A stretch of DNA of 64,000 nucleotides from an uncultured Candidatus Binatia bacterium (GTDB lineage: Bacteria; Desulfobacterota; Binatia; UBA9968; JAJDTQ01). Below the pieces are notes generated by a model that was given only the letters and a program-made list of their open reading frames with translations, was not told the origin of the DNA and did no database searches. The stretch spans positions 1,984,001-2,048,000 of the forward strand of contig OZ219754.1 of the NCBI GenBank assembly GCA_964291295.2, read 5' to 3'. This document shows, piece by piece, positions 18,578-28,424 of this stretch (position 1 is the first letter of the stretch; every line of letters begins with the position of its first letter). Made by a program: the position numbers and the translations under genes.

Positions 18578-20851
18578 TCAAGGGCCGTGGCGTTTCGCCG
18601 TGGCCTGCCCACCCCGGTGCCGCAGGCCACGGTATACTTTCTCCGCGCTGACCGGGATCTCGAAGAGACGCACGCCGACGGCGTCGGCCACGGCGTTGGC
18701 GATGGCGGCCGGTGCCGCGTTGTTGGCGAACTCTCCGATGGCCCTGCCACCGTGTGGTGCCAACCCGCCCTCCGACTCCACCAGCACCGTTTCCAGGGGG
18801 GGTATGTCGCGGATTCCGGGCAGTTTGTACTCTCCCAGGTTGGCGTTGATCACCTTGCCATTGTCCAGCACCAGTTCTTCCATGACGGCCTGCCCCAGGC
18901 CCATCACCACGCCGCCGTCGATCTGTCCCTGATGGGTGACGGGGTTGATGATCGTGCCCACATCGTGGGCGGTGACCATGCGTTCGACTTTCGTGGCGCC
19001 GGTCTCGGGATCCACCGCCACATCGGCCACCTGCGCGCACACGTAAGTGATCTCGTCCCGGTAGGGGAAGTCTTCCTGGACGGTCACGGTGCGGTCGTCC
19101 GGATATCGCGCCGCCACCTGTGCCAGGGACAGGCCCGGGCCGGTCCGGCCGCGGAAGCGGCCGCGTGCGTAGGCGATCTCCGAGGCGTCGCATTCCAGCA
19201 TGCGGGCCGCGTGGCCGGCGAGCCGGGCTTCCAGCCGGTCGCAGGCTTTCTCCACCGCCAGCCCCGCGGTGTAGGTGACCCGGCTGGCTCTGGCACCGGT
19301 ATCGTAGGGGGCGGTATCGGTATCGCCCGTGACCACCCGCACCTGCTCCAGTGCCAGTTGCATGTGCTCCGCCACCAGTTGGCGAAGAATGGTATGCGTT
19401 CCGGTCCCCTGGTCCACCGTGGGGCTCAGCACGGTGAGGGTGCCGTCGGACTCGGCCGTGACCGCGATGCCGGTCTCTCCGCCGGAGATGTGCCGCCCGT
19501 AGATGGCCACGCCCCGGCCCCGGTGGGGGCCGCGCCGCGGACCGTGCCATCCCGACGCCTCCAGTGCCCGGGACAACACCGCATGGATCCGAAGGCCGGG
19601 CAAGCGCTTGCCGATGGCGTCCTCGTCGTTGTCGCGCAGGACGTTGCCGAGCCGGAACGCGCCGGGGTCCATGCCCAGCTCCCGGGCGATGAGGTCGGTG
19701 TGCGACTCCAGCGCGAAGAAGACGGGGATGGAACCGGGGCTCCGATAGTAGCCGCCCGGCGTGGTGTTGGTGTAGACCTGCAGGAACTCGAATGCGGCGT
19801 TCTCCACCCGGTAGAGGCCGCCGGCGTAGTGCCAGGTGGCGAAGGAGGCGCTGGCCTTGAGGCCGCCGTAGGCACCGCCCGCATGCCATGCCTTCAAGCG
19901 GCGGGCGACGATGCGGCCGTCCCGTTTCACGCCGGAGCGGATGGTCACGACCGTGGCCTCGTCCGGGTTGCTGGCGGTCAGCTCCTCGGCATAGGTCATG
20001 ACGACCTTCACCGGCCGCCTGGACTCCCGGGCCAGGAAGAACGCCACCGGCAGGTCCCGGGCGTCGCCCTTGCCACCGAACTCGCCGCCGACGTTCACCG
20101 GATGGACGCGAACGGCGGCATGCGCCACGCCGATGGTGTCGGCCAGCATCCGGCGGGTGCGGAACGGATCCTTGGTGGAGGCCCAGACCTGGATGCGGCC
20201 GTCCGGATCGATGGCGAGCAGCCCGGCGTAGGGCTCCAGATAGCCCTGATGCCGGGCCGGTACGCGGAACGTATGTTCCAGCGCGATGTCGGCCTCGCGG
20301 AAACCCTGCTCCACGTCCCCCTTGCTCCAGGCGAGTCGGGTGAGCCCGTTGCGGACGTCGGTGGCCAGGCGCTCGTGCGGCGCTCCGGCGTAGCCGGCGA
20401 CATCGTCGTGGAGCAGCGGCGCGTCCGGTTCCGTTGCCGCCACCGGATCGAATACCGCCGGAAGGATCTCGTAGTCGACCTCGATGAGTGCCAGCGCGGC
20501 CTCCGCCGCTTCGGGGGTATCCGCCGCCACCGCCGCCACCCGGTCGCCGACATACCGCACCACGTCCCAGCACAGCACCGGCAGGTCCCGGATCTGTTTT
20601 CCCATGAAATGATGGGGGACGTCCTTGCCGGTGACCACGGCGCGGACCCCGGGCGCGTTCCGGGCCGCGGTGGCGTCGATGCCGCGGATACGTGCATGTG
20701 GGTGGGGGCTTCTCAGAATCCTGCCCCAGAGCGTGCCCTCCCGCGGGATGTCCGCGGCGTAGCGGGTCTGCCCCGTGACCTTGTCGGGCCCTTCGGCGCG
20801 CTGCACGGGGGCGCCGACGATGCCGGTGTCCGGTGTCACGAACGGATCCAT
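18578..20851 (-). CDS. Xanthine dehydrogenase-family molybdopterin-binding subunit (orphan 1)
   Basis: KVTGQTRY, RSPHPHA, GGEFGGK, DQGTG, ASR, QGQIDGG, AIGE. Confidence 0.92.
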   Translation of the reverse strand: MDPFVTPDTGIVGAPVQRAEGPDKVTGQTRYAADIPREGTLWGRILRSPHPHARIRGIDATAARNAPGVRAVVTGKDVPHHFMGKQIRDLPVLCWDVVRYVGDRVAAVAADTPEAAEAALALIEVDYEILPAVFDPVAATEPDAPLLHDDVAGYAGAPHERLATDVRNGLTRLAWSKGDVEQGFREADIALEHTFRVPARHQGYLEPYAGLLAIDPDGRIQVWASTKDPFRTRRMLADTIGVAHAAVRVHPVNVGGEFGGKGDARDLPVAFFLARESRRPVKVVMTYAEELTASNPDEATVVTIRSGVKRDGRIVARRLKAWHAGGAYGGLKASASFATWHYAGGLYRVENAAFEFLQVYTNTTPGGYYRSPGSIPVFFALESHTDLIARELGMDPGAFRLGNVLRDNDEDAIGKRLPGLRIHAVLSRALEASGWHGPRRGPHRGRGVAIYGRHISGGETGIAVTAESDGTLTVLSPTVDQGTGTHTILRQLVAEHMQLALEQVRVVTGDTDTAPYDTGARASRVTYTAGLAVEKACDRLEARLAGHAARMLECDASEIAYARGRFRGRTGPGLSLAQVAARYPDDRTVTVQEDFPYRDEITYVCAQVADVAVDPETGATKVERMVTAHDVGTIINPVTHQGQIDGGVVMGLGQAVMEELVLDNGKVINANLGEYKLPGIRDIPPLETVLVESEGGLAPHGGRAIGEFANNAAPAAIANAVADAVGVRLFEIPVSAEKVYRGLRHRGGQATAKRHGP

Positions 20852-20942
20852 GCCGGCCTCCGTGTCCTCGGGGGGTAGCTTTTCTCCGCCCGCGACAGGG
20901 GCGGGCGCGGACGGGTTTGAGAACGGCTCACGCACCCGATCG

Positions 20943-22682
20943 TCATGACTCCGGCATGAGCGAGCGCCGGCCGAACCACCAGAAGACCAGGACCAGCGGC
21001 GTCAGCACCACCGTCATCACCAGGGTGACACCCGCCGCCAGGTTGGTGGCACCGGAGAACCAGTAGCTCCAGATCACGGCCGGGAGGGTGATGTTGTCGT
21101 GGCTGATGAGAAAGACCGCAACCGTGAGTTCCCGGTACACCAGTATGGCGGACCAGATCCATACCGACAGGAGCGTCGGCCGCAGCAGCGGCACCAGGAT
21201 CCTCCAGGATGTGCGCGCCGAGGACAGGCCGGCGGTATAGGCGGCCTCCTCAAGCTCCTTGTGTATCTGCAACAGCGAACTGTTGAGTGCCCGGGTGGCG
21301 AAGGCGAGCCGGGAAACCATGTAGACGATGGCGATAAGCCAGACCGAGCCGTAGAGCGGCACGAAGTTCTTGAGCACGAACAGCGACACCAGCAATGCGG
21401 CGATGGCGAGGATGACCTCGGGCAGGGCGTGGGGCAGGAAGGCCCCGAACTCCAGCGCGTAGCGGTAGCGCGAGCCCGAGCGCACGATGAGCCAGGAGAC
21501 GGCAAAGGCCACCAGCAGCGTCACCGACGGCACCAACGCCACCAGCAGCGCGGTGTTCTGGAGGCCGCGCCACACCAGGTTCCAGTCGATGTTGTAGAAC
21601 GCGGCCAGGGACGCCCGGTTGAGCATCGCCCAGGACGGCGGCGCCAGGTAGGGGGAGACCGCGACATAGGCGATCAACAACAGCGGGATCAGCTTCGAGG
21701 CGAGGATGTAGAGGCCGATGAAGCCCCAGCCCGCCAGCCCCCAGCGGCCCAGTTCGATGAGGGTGGGGCGGTAGCCCTTGCCGGTCACCACCTCGTAGCG
21801 GTGGCCCTGGCGCAGCACCGTGCTGTACCACCAGGTGAGCAGCAGCGCCACCCCGATCATCAGCACGCCCAGGGCCGCGGTGATGCCGTGCTCGGGGAAC
21901 TCGTCGTCGCCGGGGTTGGTCTTGAGATAGACGAAGGTGCTGAGCATGTAGACGCGGTTGCCGAGCCCGATGATGGCCGGGATGTCGAAGGTGGCGATGG
22001 CGATGGTGGCCATGTAGATGACCGCGGCGAGAATGGCCGGAAAGGCCAGCGGCAGAGTCACCCGGCGCATGGTGGTGAAGAAGCTCATGCCGTGGATCCT
22101 GGCGGCCTCCTCCAGGGATGGATTCATGGCCCGGAACATCTGGGCGGTGAGGATGAACGCCAGTGCCGCCAGGCTGAGGCCCTGGACAAAGCCCATGCCC
22201 ACCGGGGTCGCGATGTTGATGGGGCCCCCTTCCAGGCCCAACAGGCTCACCAGCCAGCGGTTCAGGAAGCCGATGCGCTGGTGTGCCAGGAAAGTCCAGC
22301 CCATGGCGGTGTAGATGCCCGGGATCAACAGGCCGAGGGTCATGATGGTGTAGACCAGCCCCTTGCCCGGCAGCGTGGTGCGTTCGGTGAGCCAGGCAAT
22401 GGGCAGGCCGATGGCCAGCGCCACCACCGTGGTGGCCGCGGTGAAGATCAGGGTGTTCCAGGTAACCTCGGCAACGAACGGATCGGCCAGGATTTCCCGG
22501 TAGTTTCGGATGGTGTAGGTCGCGTCCGCTGTCCCCAGCATGCCGGTCTGGAAGCTGATCCATGCCAGCACGGCCACCAGCGCCAGGATGACGACCATGG
22601 GCACCAGCGCCAGCCCCAGCATCCAGGGCGGCATCCTGGCGCGGAGCACACGGGGCAACGATGGTTTCAGGACAGCTTCCAT
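20943..22682 (-). CDS. ABC transporter permease, double-domain (FbpB/iron-type family)
   Basis: Two EAA motifs (LEEAARIHG, LEEAAYTAG); about 12 TM segments. Confidence 0.9.
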   Translation of the reverse strand: MEAVLKPSLPRVLRARMPPWMLGLALVPMVVILALVAVLAWISFQTGMLGTADATYTIRNYREILADPFVAEVTWNTLIFTAATTVVALAIGLPIAWLTERTTLPGKGLVYTIMTLGLLIPGIYTAMGWTFLAHQRIGFLNRWLVSLLGLEGGPINIATPVGMGFVQGLSLAALAFILTAQMFRAMNPSLEEAARIHGMSFFTTMRRVTLPLAFPAILAAVIYMATIAIATFDIPAIIGLGNRVYMLSTFVYLKTNPGDDEFPEHGITAALGVLMIGVALLLTWWYSTVLRQGHRYEVVTGKGYRPTLIELGRWGLAGWGFIGLYILASKLIPLLLIAYVAVSPYLAPPSWAMLNRASLAAFYNIDWNLVWRGLQNTALLVALVPSVTLLVAFAVSWLIVRSGSRYRYALEFGAFLPHALPEVILAIAALLVSLFVLKNFVPLYGSVWLIAIVYMVSRLAFATRALNSSLLQIHKELEEAAYTAGLSSARTSWRILVPLLRPTLLSVWIWSAILVYRELTVAVFLISHDNITLPAVIWSYWFSGATNLAAGVTLVMTVVLTPLVLVFWWFGRRSLMPES

Positions 22683-22721
22683 AGAGGCGGGGTTCTTCCA
22701 GCGGTCTGACGCAGGTGCCGA

Positions 22722-22745
22722 GCCGGATACGGATCCGTATCCGGC
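22722..22745. repeat. Perfect 24-bp palindrome between SBP and permease genes
   Basis: GCCGGATACGGATCCGTATCCGGC. Confidence 0.85.
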
Positions 22746-22882
22746 AGTCCTTGTCGGCGCGGCGCGGTGGCCGCGGGCCGGTCTTGGACCCGCCCGCGGC
22801 CGCCGCCACCCGGAGGGGGTCGGGGCCGGCACGCGCCGCCGCCCTGACCGGTGTCTTGCGAGAAGACGCGCTACCGCATGCG

Positions 22883-23980
22883 CTACTTCTTCTGCATGAT
22901 CTGCTCCAGTTCCTTGCGGGTCTTCCGGTAGTCCTTCTGGCTTGCCAGCCACTGGGGCGAGTTCACCACCACCTTGGCGCCGCGGGCGCGGGCGTCGGCC
23001 AGCACCTTCCGTTCGTTGGACTCCGGATAGAGATGGAAGTCGAAGCCGTTGACCTCCCACATCCATTTCTGGCCTTCCGGAGTGTGCAGGTAGGCGACGA
23101 ACAGGGCCGCCGCATTGGGCGACCGGGAGTGCACCGGGACGGCGCCGTAACGGGTGTGCGACACCACCGCCTCGTTCACCACCGAATAGCCCAGGGGCAG
23201 TCCCTGACGCTCGGCCTGGTTCACGTACTGGTCGCCGCAACTGAACACCAGCATGGCAAACTCGCCGCTGGTGAGGCGGTCCACCGTGCCGCACCGTATG
23301 AGGCCGCCGATCTGTTGGGACAGCTTCCTGGCGTAGTCGATCATCACCTCCCGTCCCAGCAGGCTGGGCGTGGCGAACTCACGCAGCCCGGCGACATAGG
23401 GCGTCGAGGCGATCTGGCCTTTCCACTTGGGATCGAGGACGTCGTACATGCTCTTCGGGATGTCGTCACCCTTGACCATTTCGCTGTTGTACATGATGCC
23501 CACCAGGGTCGACGCCGAAGCGAGCCCGATGCCGTTGGCGGGCATGGGATCGAAGCCGGGGTCCGGCGGCAGCATCGGCCGCTCCAGATAGGCCATCCAG
23601 TTCATCGACCGCGTCAGCCCCACCTGGCCCGACTTCAGCATGCCGCCGGAGTTGTTCCAGAGGACGTCGGTGCTGGCCGGCTGCTCCGCCTTCAGCTCCC
23701 GGGTGAGCCGGCCGATCATCTTGGTCATGCTGGGGCCCGGGGTGAACTGCGGCTCGATCCGGGTGCCGTACCTCTTGTTCATGCCGGCGACGAGTTGCGC
23801 GAAGCCCTTGCTGCCGTCGAGGCTGCGCGAGGACCACATGGCCCTGAGGGTGGTCTCCTGCTTCGCGCCCGCCACCAGCTCCTCCAGGGTCTTGGGGGCG
23901 TCCGCCGCGTAGGCGCCCGCCACCATGAACAGGGAACAGAGTGCCGCGGCCCATCGGGGTACGTGTTTGAAACTATCCAT
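22883..23980 (-). CDS. ABC substrate-binding protein (AfuA/PotD-like)
   Basis: Signal peptide (AYA-AD), GAKQE, DVLDPKWKG, PNAAALF..TPEGQ. Confidence 0.88.
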   Translation of the reverse strand: MDSFKHVPRWAAALCSLFMVAGAYAADAPKTLEELVAGAKQETTLRAMWSSRSLDGSKGFAQLVAGMNKRYGTRIEPQFTPGPSMTKMIGRLTRELKAEQPASTDVLWNNSGGMLKSGQVGLTRSMNWMAYLERPMLPPDPGFDPMPANGIGLASASTLVGIMYNSEMVKGDDIPKSMYDVLDPKWKGQIASTPYVAGLREFATPSLLGREVMIDYARKLSQQIGGLIRCGTVDRLTSGEFAMLVFSCGDQYVNQAERQGLPLGYSVVNEAVVSHTRYGAVPVHSRSPNAAALFVAYLHTPEGQKWMWEVNGFDFHLYPESNERKVLADARARGAKVVVNSPQWLASQKDYRKTRKELEQIMQKK

Positions 23981-24017
23981 CGGTTTCCTCCTCGGTCCGG
24001 GTTTACGACGACGATAC

Positions 24018-24056
24018 CGGGGTACCGTTGCCCAAGCGGGGTACCGTTGCCCAAGC
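24018..24056. repeat. Perfect 19-bp tandem duplication
   Basis: CGGGGTACCGTTGCCCAAG twice, in the intergenic spacer. Confidence 0.9.
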
Positions 24057-24074
24057 CATTGCAAGCAGACTCTC

Positions 24075-25184
<1,110 letters not shown>

Positions 25185-25529
25185 GCGCCCCGTCCGTAAC
25201 CCGATGCAGGGGGTCGTGTCAACCGGTAGACTCCCCCCGGACCATTTGGTAACTAGAGACGATTGCGTAACCGTCATGGCCATGAAGGATCGGCGGCGCC
25301 GTCCCCGGTACGAGCACGAAAAGAGTGCGAACATGTGCGAGTACCGTTTGCGAATGGCGTGCCTGAGTGCCGTGTGCGAATATCGTGAGCGAAACTCGCG
25401 CCCAGGGCGCCTTACGTGGTTCCCGCGAACCCGGGCGGCCGTGGCATAGCCGTCACGCCCCCCGCTCCTGGATTCCCGCCCCGATCGGAGTCGGGGGCCA
25501 TCGCCGACGGGAACGACGGAGACGGGGCG

Positions 25530-26894
25530 GTGACCCGGAGACCCACTTTGCATCAGGACCTGAGAGAATTTCTTGACGTGCTGGAGCGCGAAGATCAGTT
25601 GCTGGAGGTGCATCGGGAGACGGACCCGCGCTTCGAGATTGCCGCCGGCATCCGCAAGAGTTCCGACGTTGGCGGTCCTGCGCTGTTGTTCAACAACGTC
25701 AAGGGCCATCCCGGCTGGCGGGTGCTCGGGGCGCTGTACGCCACCCGCCGGCTGGTGGCGCTGGGACTGGGGGTCGCCGAGGACAGGCTGCTGGAGCGCT
25801 ACCTGACGCTGGAGGACGAGCGCATTCCCTCGGAGTTGGTGTCCACGGGTCCGGTCAAGGAGGTCCGCTGGACCGGCGACGACATCGACTTGGCCAAGAT
25901 TCCCATCGCGGTGCACTCCGAGAAGGACTGCGGTGCCTACGTCACCATCGGCGTCCAGATCGGCAAGGATCCGGACACCCGCACTCCCAATGTCTCCATT
26001 CACCGCATGCTGCGGCTGGGCAAGGACCGGCTGTCGCTGTGGGCACCGCCGGACCACCACCTCGGGCGCATGATCCTCAAGGCCGAGGACCGCGGCGAGG
26101 GGCTGGAGGTGGCCACGGCCATCGGGGTGGACCCGGCCATCATCATCGGCTCCCAAGCGCGGGTGCCCTACGGCGTCGACGAGTTTGCGGTGTCGGGCGG
26201 ACTGCGCGGCGCGCCCGTGCAGTTGACCCGCTGCGACACCATCGACGTGGAGGTGCCCGCCCACGCGGAGGTGGTGATCGAGGGCGTGACGATCCCCGGA
26301 GAGCGGGTGGCGGACGGCCCCTACGGCGAGTACCCCGGCACCTACAGCGAGAGCAAGCAGGCCCCGGTGGTCCAGGTCACCGCCGTCACCATGCGCAAGG
26401 ACCCCATCTACCAGACCTGCCTCACGGGCATGCCGGTGACCGAGAACCACACGCTCATCGAGTGTGCCAACGCGGCGCTGGTTTACCGCACGGTGTCCGC
26501 CATCACGCCGGAAATCAAGGATTGCAGCGTCACCGCCGGCGGCACCTACCGCCACCACGCGGTGGTCGCCATGCGCAAGCGCCACGACGCGGAGGCGCGC
26601 AACGTCATCCTGGCGCTGCTGGCCACCGGCGCCGGCTTCAAGCGGGTGGTGGTGGTGGACGAGGACATCGACGTGCACGATCCGGTGGATGTGGAGTGGG
26701 CGGTCAACACGCGGGTCCAGCCGGACAAGGACCTTGTCGTCGTTCCCAATCTGGCCATGTCGACGCTGGATCCCTCGGCGCCGGCGCCGCGCACCACGGC
26801 CGGGTGGGGCATCGACGCCACCATGCCGCTTCACGACAACGAGTACTACCGCAAGGTCCGGGTGCCCGGCGTGGACAAGGTGGACTACCTCTGA
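25530..26894 (+). CDS. UbiD-family prFMN-dependent (de)carboxylase
   Basis: DLREFL, GPALLF, SIHR, AEVVIEG, DGPYGEYPG, VVVDEDID, WAVNTR, GIDAT. GTG start inferred. Confidence 0.92.
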   Translation: MTRRPTLHQDLREFLDVLEREDQLLEVHRETDPRFEIAAGIRKSSDVGGPALLFNNVKGHPGWRVLGALYATRRLVALGLGVAEDRLLERYLTLEDERIPSELVSTGPVKEVRWTGDDIDLAKIPIAVHSEKDCGAYVTIGVQIGKDPDTRTPNVSIHRMLRLGKDRLSLWAPPDHHLGRMILKAEDRGEGLEVATAIGVDPAIIIGSQARVPYGVDEFAVSGGLRGAPVQLTRCDTIDVEVPAHAEVVIEGVTIPGERVADGPYGEYPGTYSESKQAPVVQVTAVTMRKDPIYQTCLTGMPVTENHTLIECANAALVYRTVSAITPEIKDCSVTAGGTYRHHAVVAMRKRHDAEARNVILALLATGAGFKRVVVVDEDIDVHDPVDVEWAVNTRVQPDKDLVVVPNLAMSTLDPSAPAPRTTAGWGIDATMPLHDNEYYRKVRVPGVDKVDYL

Positions 26895-26997
26895 GGCGGC
26901 CGGGGCCGATGGGCATCCTTCGAGCGTCCCGGGGCGGCGTCGATGGAACCGCGGTCACGGCCGGATATCCCATGAAGCACAACCCCTCCCGGTGACC

Positions 26998-27867
26998 ATG
27001 AAGCACTTCGAATACCTGGAACCCGTCACGGTCGCCGAAGCCTGCGACCTGCTCCGGCAATACGGTGGCAACGCGCGCGTGTTCGCCGGCGGCAGCTCCC
27101 TCACCATCCTGCTCAAGCAGGGTTTCCTGCAGCCGGAGGCGCTGATCAACATCAAGAAGATCGACGTGTTGCGGCGCATTGAGGAGTCCGGCGACGGCCT
27201 TGTCATCGGTGCGCTGGTGACGCACCGCGACATCGAGACATCCGATCTGCTGGCGGCACGCCTGCCGGTGCTGTGCGAACTGGAGCACGAGGTGGCGAAT
27301 ATCCGGGTGCGCCACATGGCCACGGTGGGCGGTAACATCGCGTCGGGGGAGCCGTTGACCGACCTCCCGTGCGTGTTCATCACGCTGGACGCCACCGTGC
27401 GCATCGCCCATCATGCGGGCGAGCGCACCCTGCCGCTGGAAGACGTGTTCGTGGACTACTACGAGACGCGGTTGCGGGAAGACGAGGTGCTGACACACGT
27501 GGTGATCCCGCCGCTGCCGCCCGGCAGCGCCGTCGACTACGAGCGTTTCTCCAGCAGTTCGGTGGTGGACAAGCCCTGCGTCGGCGTGGCCGTGCGCCTG
27601 TCGGTGGAAGAGGACCGGTGCCGTGACGTCTGCATCGGCCTGGGCTGCGTCGCGCCCCGACCGATGCGTGCGCGGCGCGCCGAGGCGGTGCTGGAGGGCC
27701 AGCCGCTGAACGAGCGGAGCCTGCAAGAGGCCGCCCGGGCTGCCGCCGGGGAGTGCGACCCGATGGACGACCTGCGTGGCTCCGAGCGCTACAAGCGCGA
27801 GATGGTGGCGGTGCTGGTGCGGCGTCTCGCTCCCCGGGTGTACCAGAAGGCGAAGAGCGGCGGCTGA
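26998..27867 (+). CDS. Mo-hydroxylase FAD-binding (medium, CoxM/CutM-like) subunit
   Basis: FEYLEP, AGGSSL, IGALVT, RVRHMATVGGN, DDLRGSERYK. Confidence 0.92.
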   Translation: MKHFEYLEPVTVAEACDLLRQYGGNARVFAGGSSLTILLKQGFLQPEALINIKKIDVLRRIEESGDGLVIGALVTHRDIETSDLLAARLPVLCELEHEVANIRVRHMATVGGNIASGEPLTDLPCVFITLDATVRIAHHAGERTLPLEDVFVDYYETRLREDEVLTHVVIPPLPPGSAVDYERFSSSSVVDKPCVGVAVRLSVEEDRCRDVCIGLGCVAPRPMRARRAEAVLEGQPLNERSLQEAARAAAGECDPMDDLRGSERYKREMVAVLVRRLAPRVYQKAKSGG

Positions 27868-27919
27868 AGCCGGGTGGATACGAACGGGGGATGAACCGGG
27901 ACAGGGAGGAGCCTGCGGC

Positions 27920-28381
27920 ATGAAGAAGGTCATCACCATGGAGGTCAACGGCGCGACCCGCCAGCTGGAGGTGGAACCTTGGCGTACGTTGCTGGACGTG
28001 GTTCGGGAAGAGCTGGATCTCACCGGCGCCAAGCTCGGCTGCGACATCCAGGTGTGCGGCGCCTGCACGCTGCTGGTGGACGGCAAGCCGGCAAGCGCCT
28101 GCTCGGTGCTGGCGGTGGATGCCGACGGCCGGCGCATCACCACCGTGGAGGGGTTGGCCGACGGCGACCGGCTGCATCCGCTGCAGGAGTCGTTCATGAA
28201 GCACGGCGCGCTCCAGTGCGGCTATTGCACCTCGGGATTCCTGCTCACCGCCAAGGCCATGCTGGACGAGAATCCCCACCCGGACGACGATCAGATCAAG
28301 AGCTACATGGGCGGCAGCTTCTGCCGCTGCGGCTGCTACCAGGAGATCATGCAGGCCATCCGCGGCGTGGCCCGGGTCTAG
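27920..28381 (+). CDS. Mo-hydroxylase 2Fe-2S (small, CoxS/CutS-like) subunit
   Basis: GCDIQVCGAC, QCGYCTSG, CRCGCY; SD GGAGG. Confidence 0.95.
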   Translation: MKKVITMEVNGATRQLEVEPWRTLLDVVREELDLTGAKLGCDIQVCGACTLLVDGKPASACSVLAVDADGRRITTVEGLADGDRLHPLQESFMKHGALQCGYCTSGFLLTAKAMLDENPHPDDDQIKSYMGGSFCRCGCYQEIMQAIRGVARV

Positions 28382-28424
28382 CGGAGAGACCCGGGCCGCG
28401 CGCGAGGGACCGGAGGAGCGTGTC

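Noticed and set aside
24018-24056. CRISPR-like repeat
   Set aside because: Only two abutting 19-bp units, no spacers and no cas genes.
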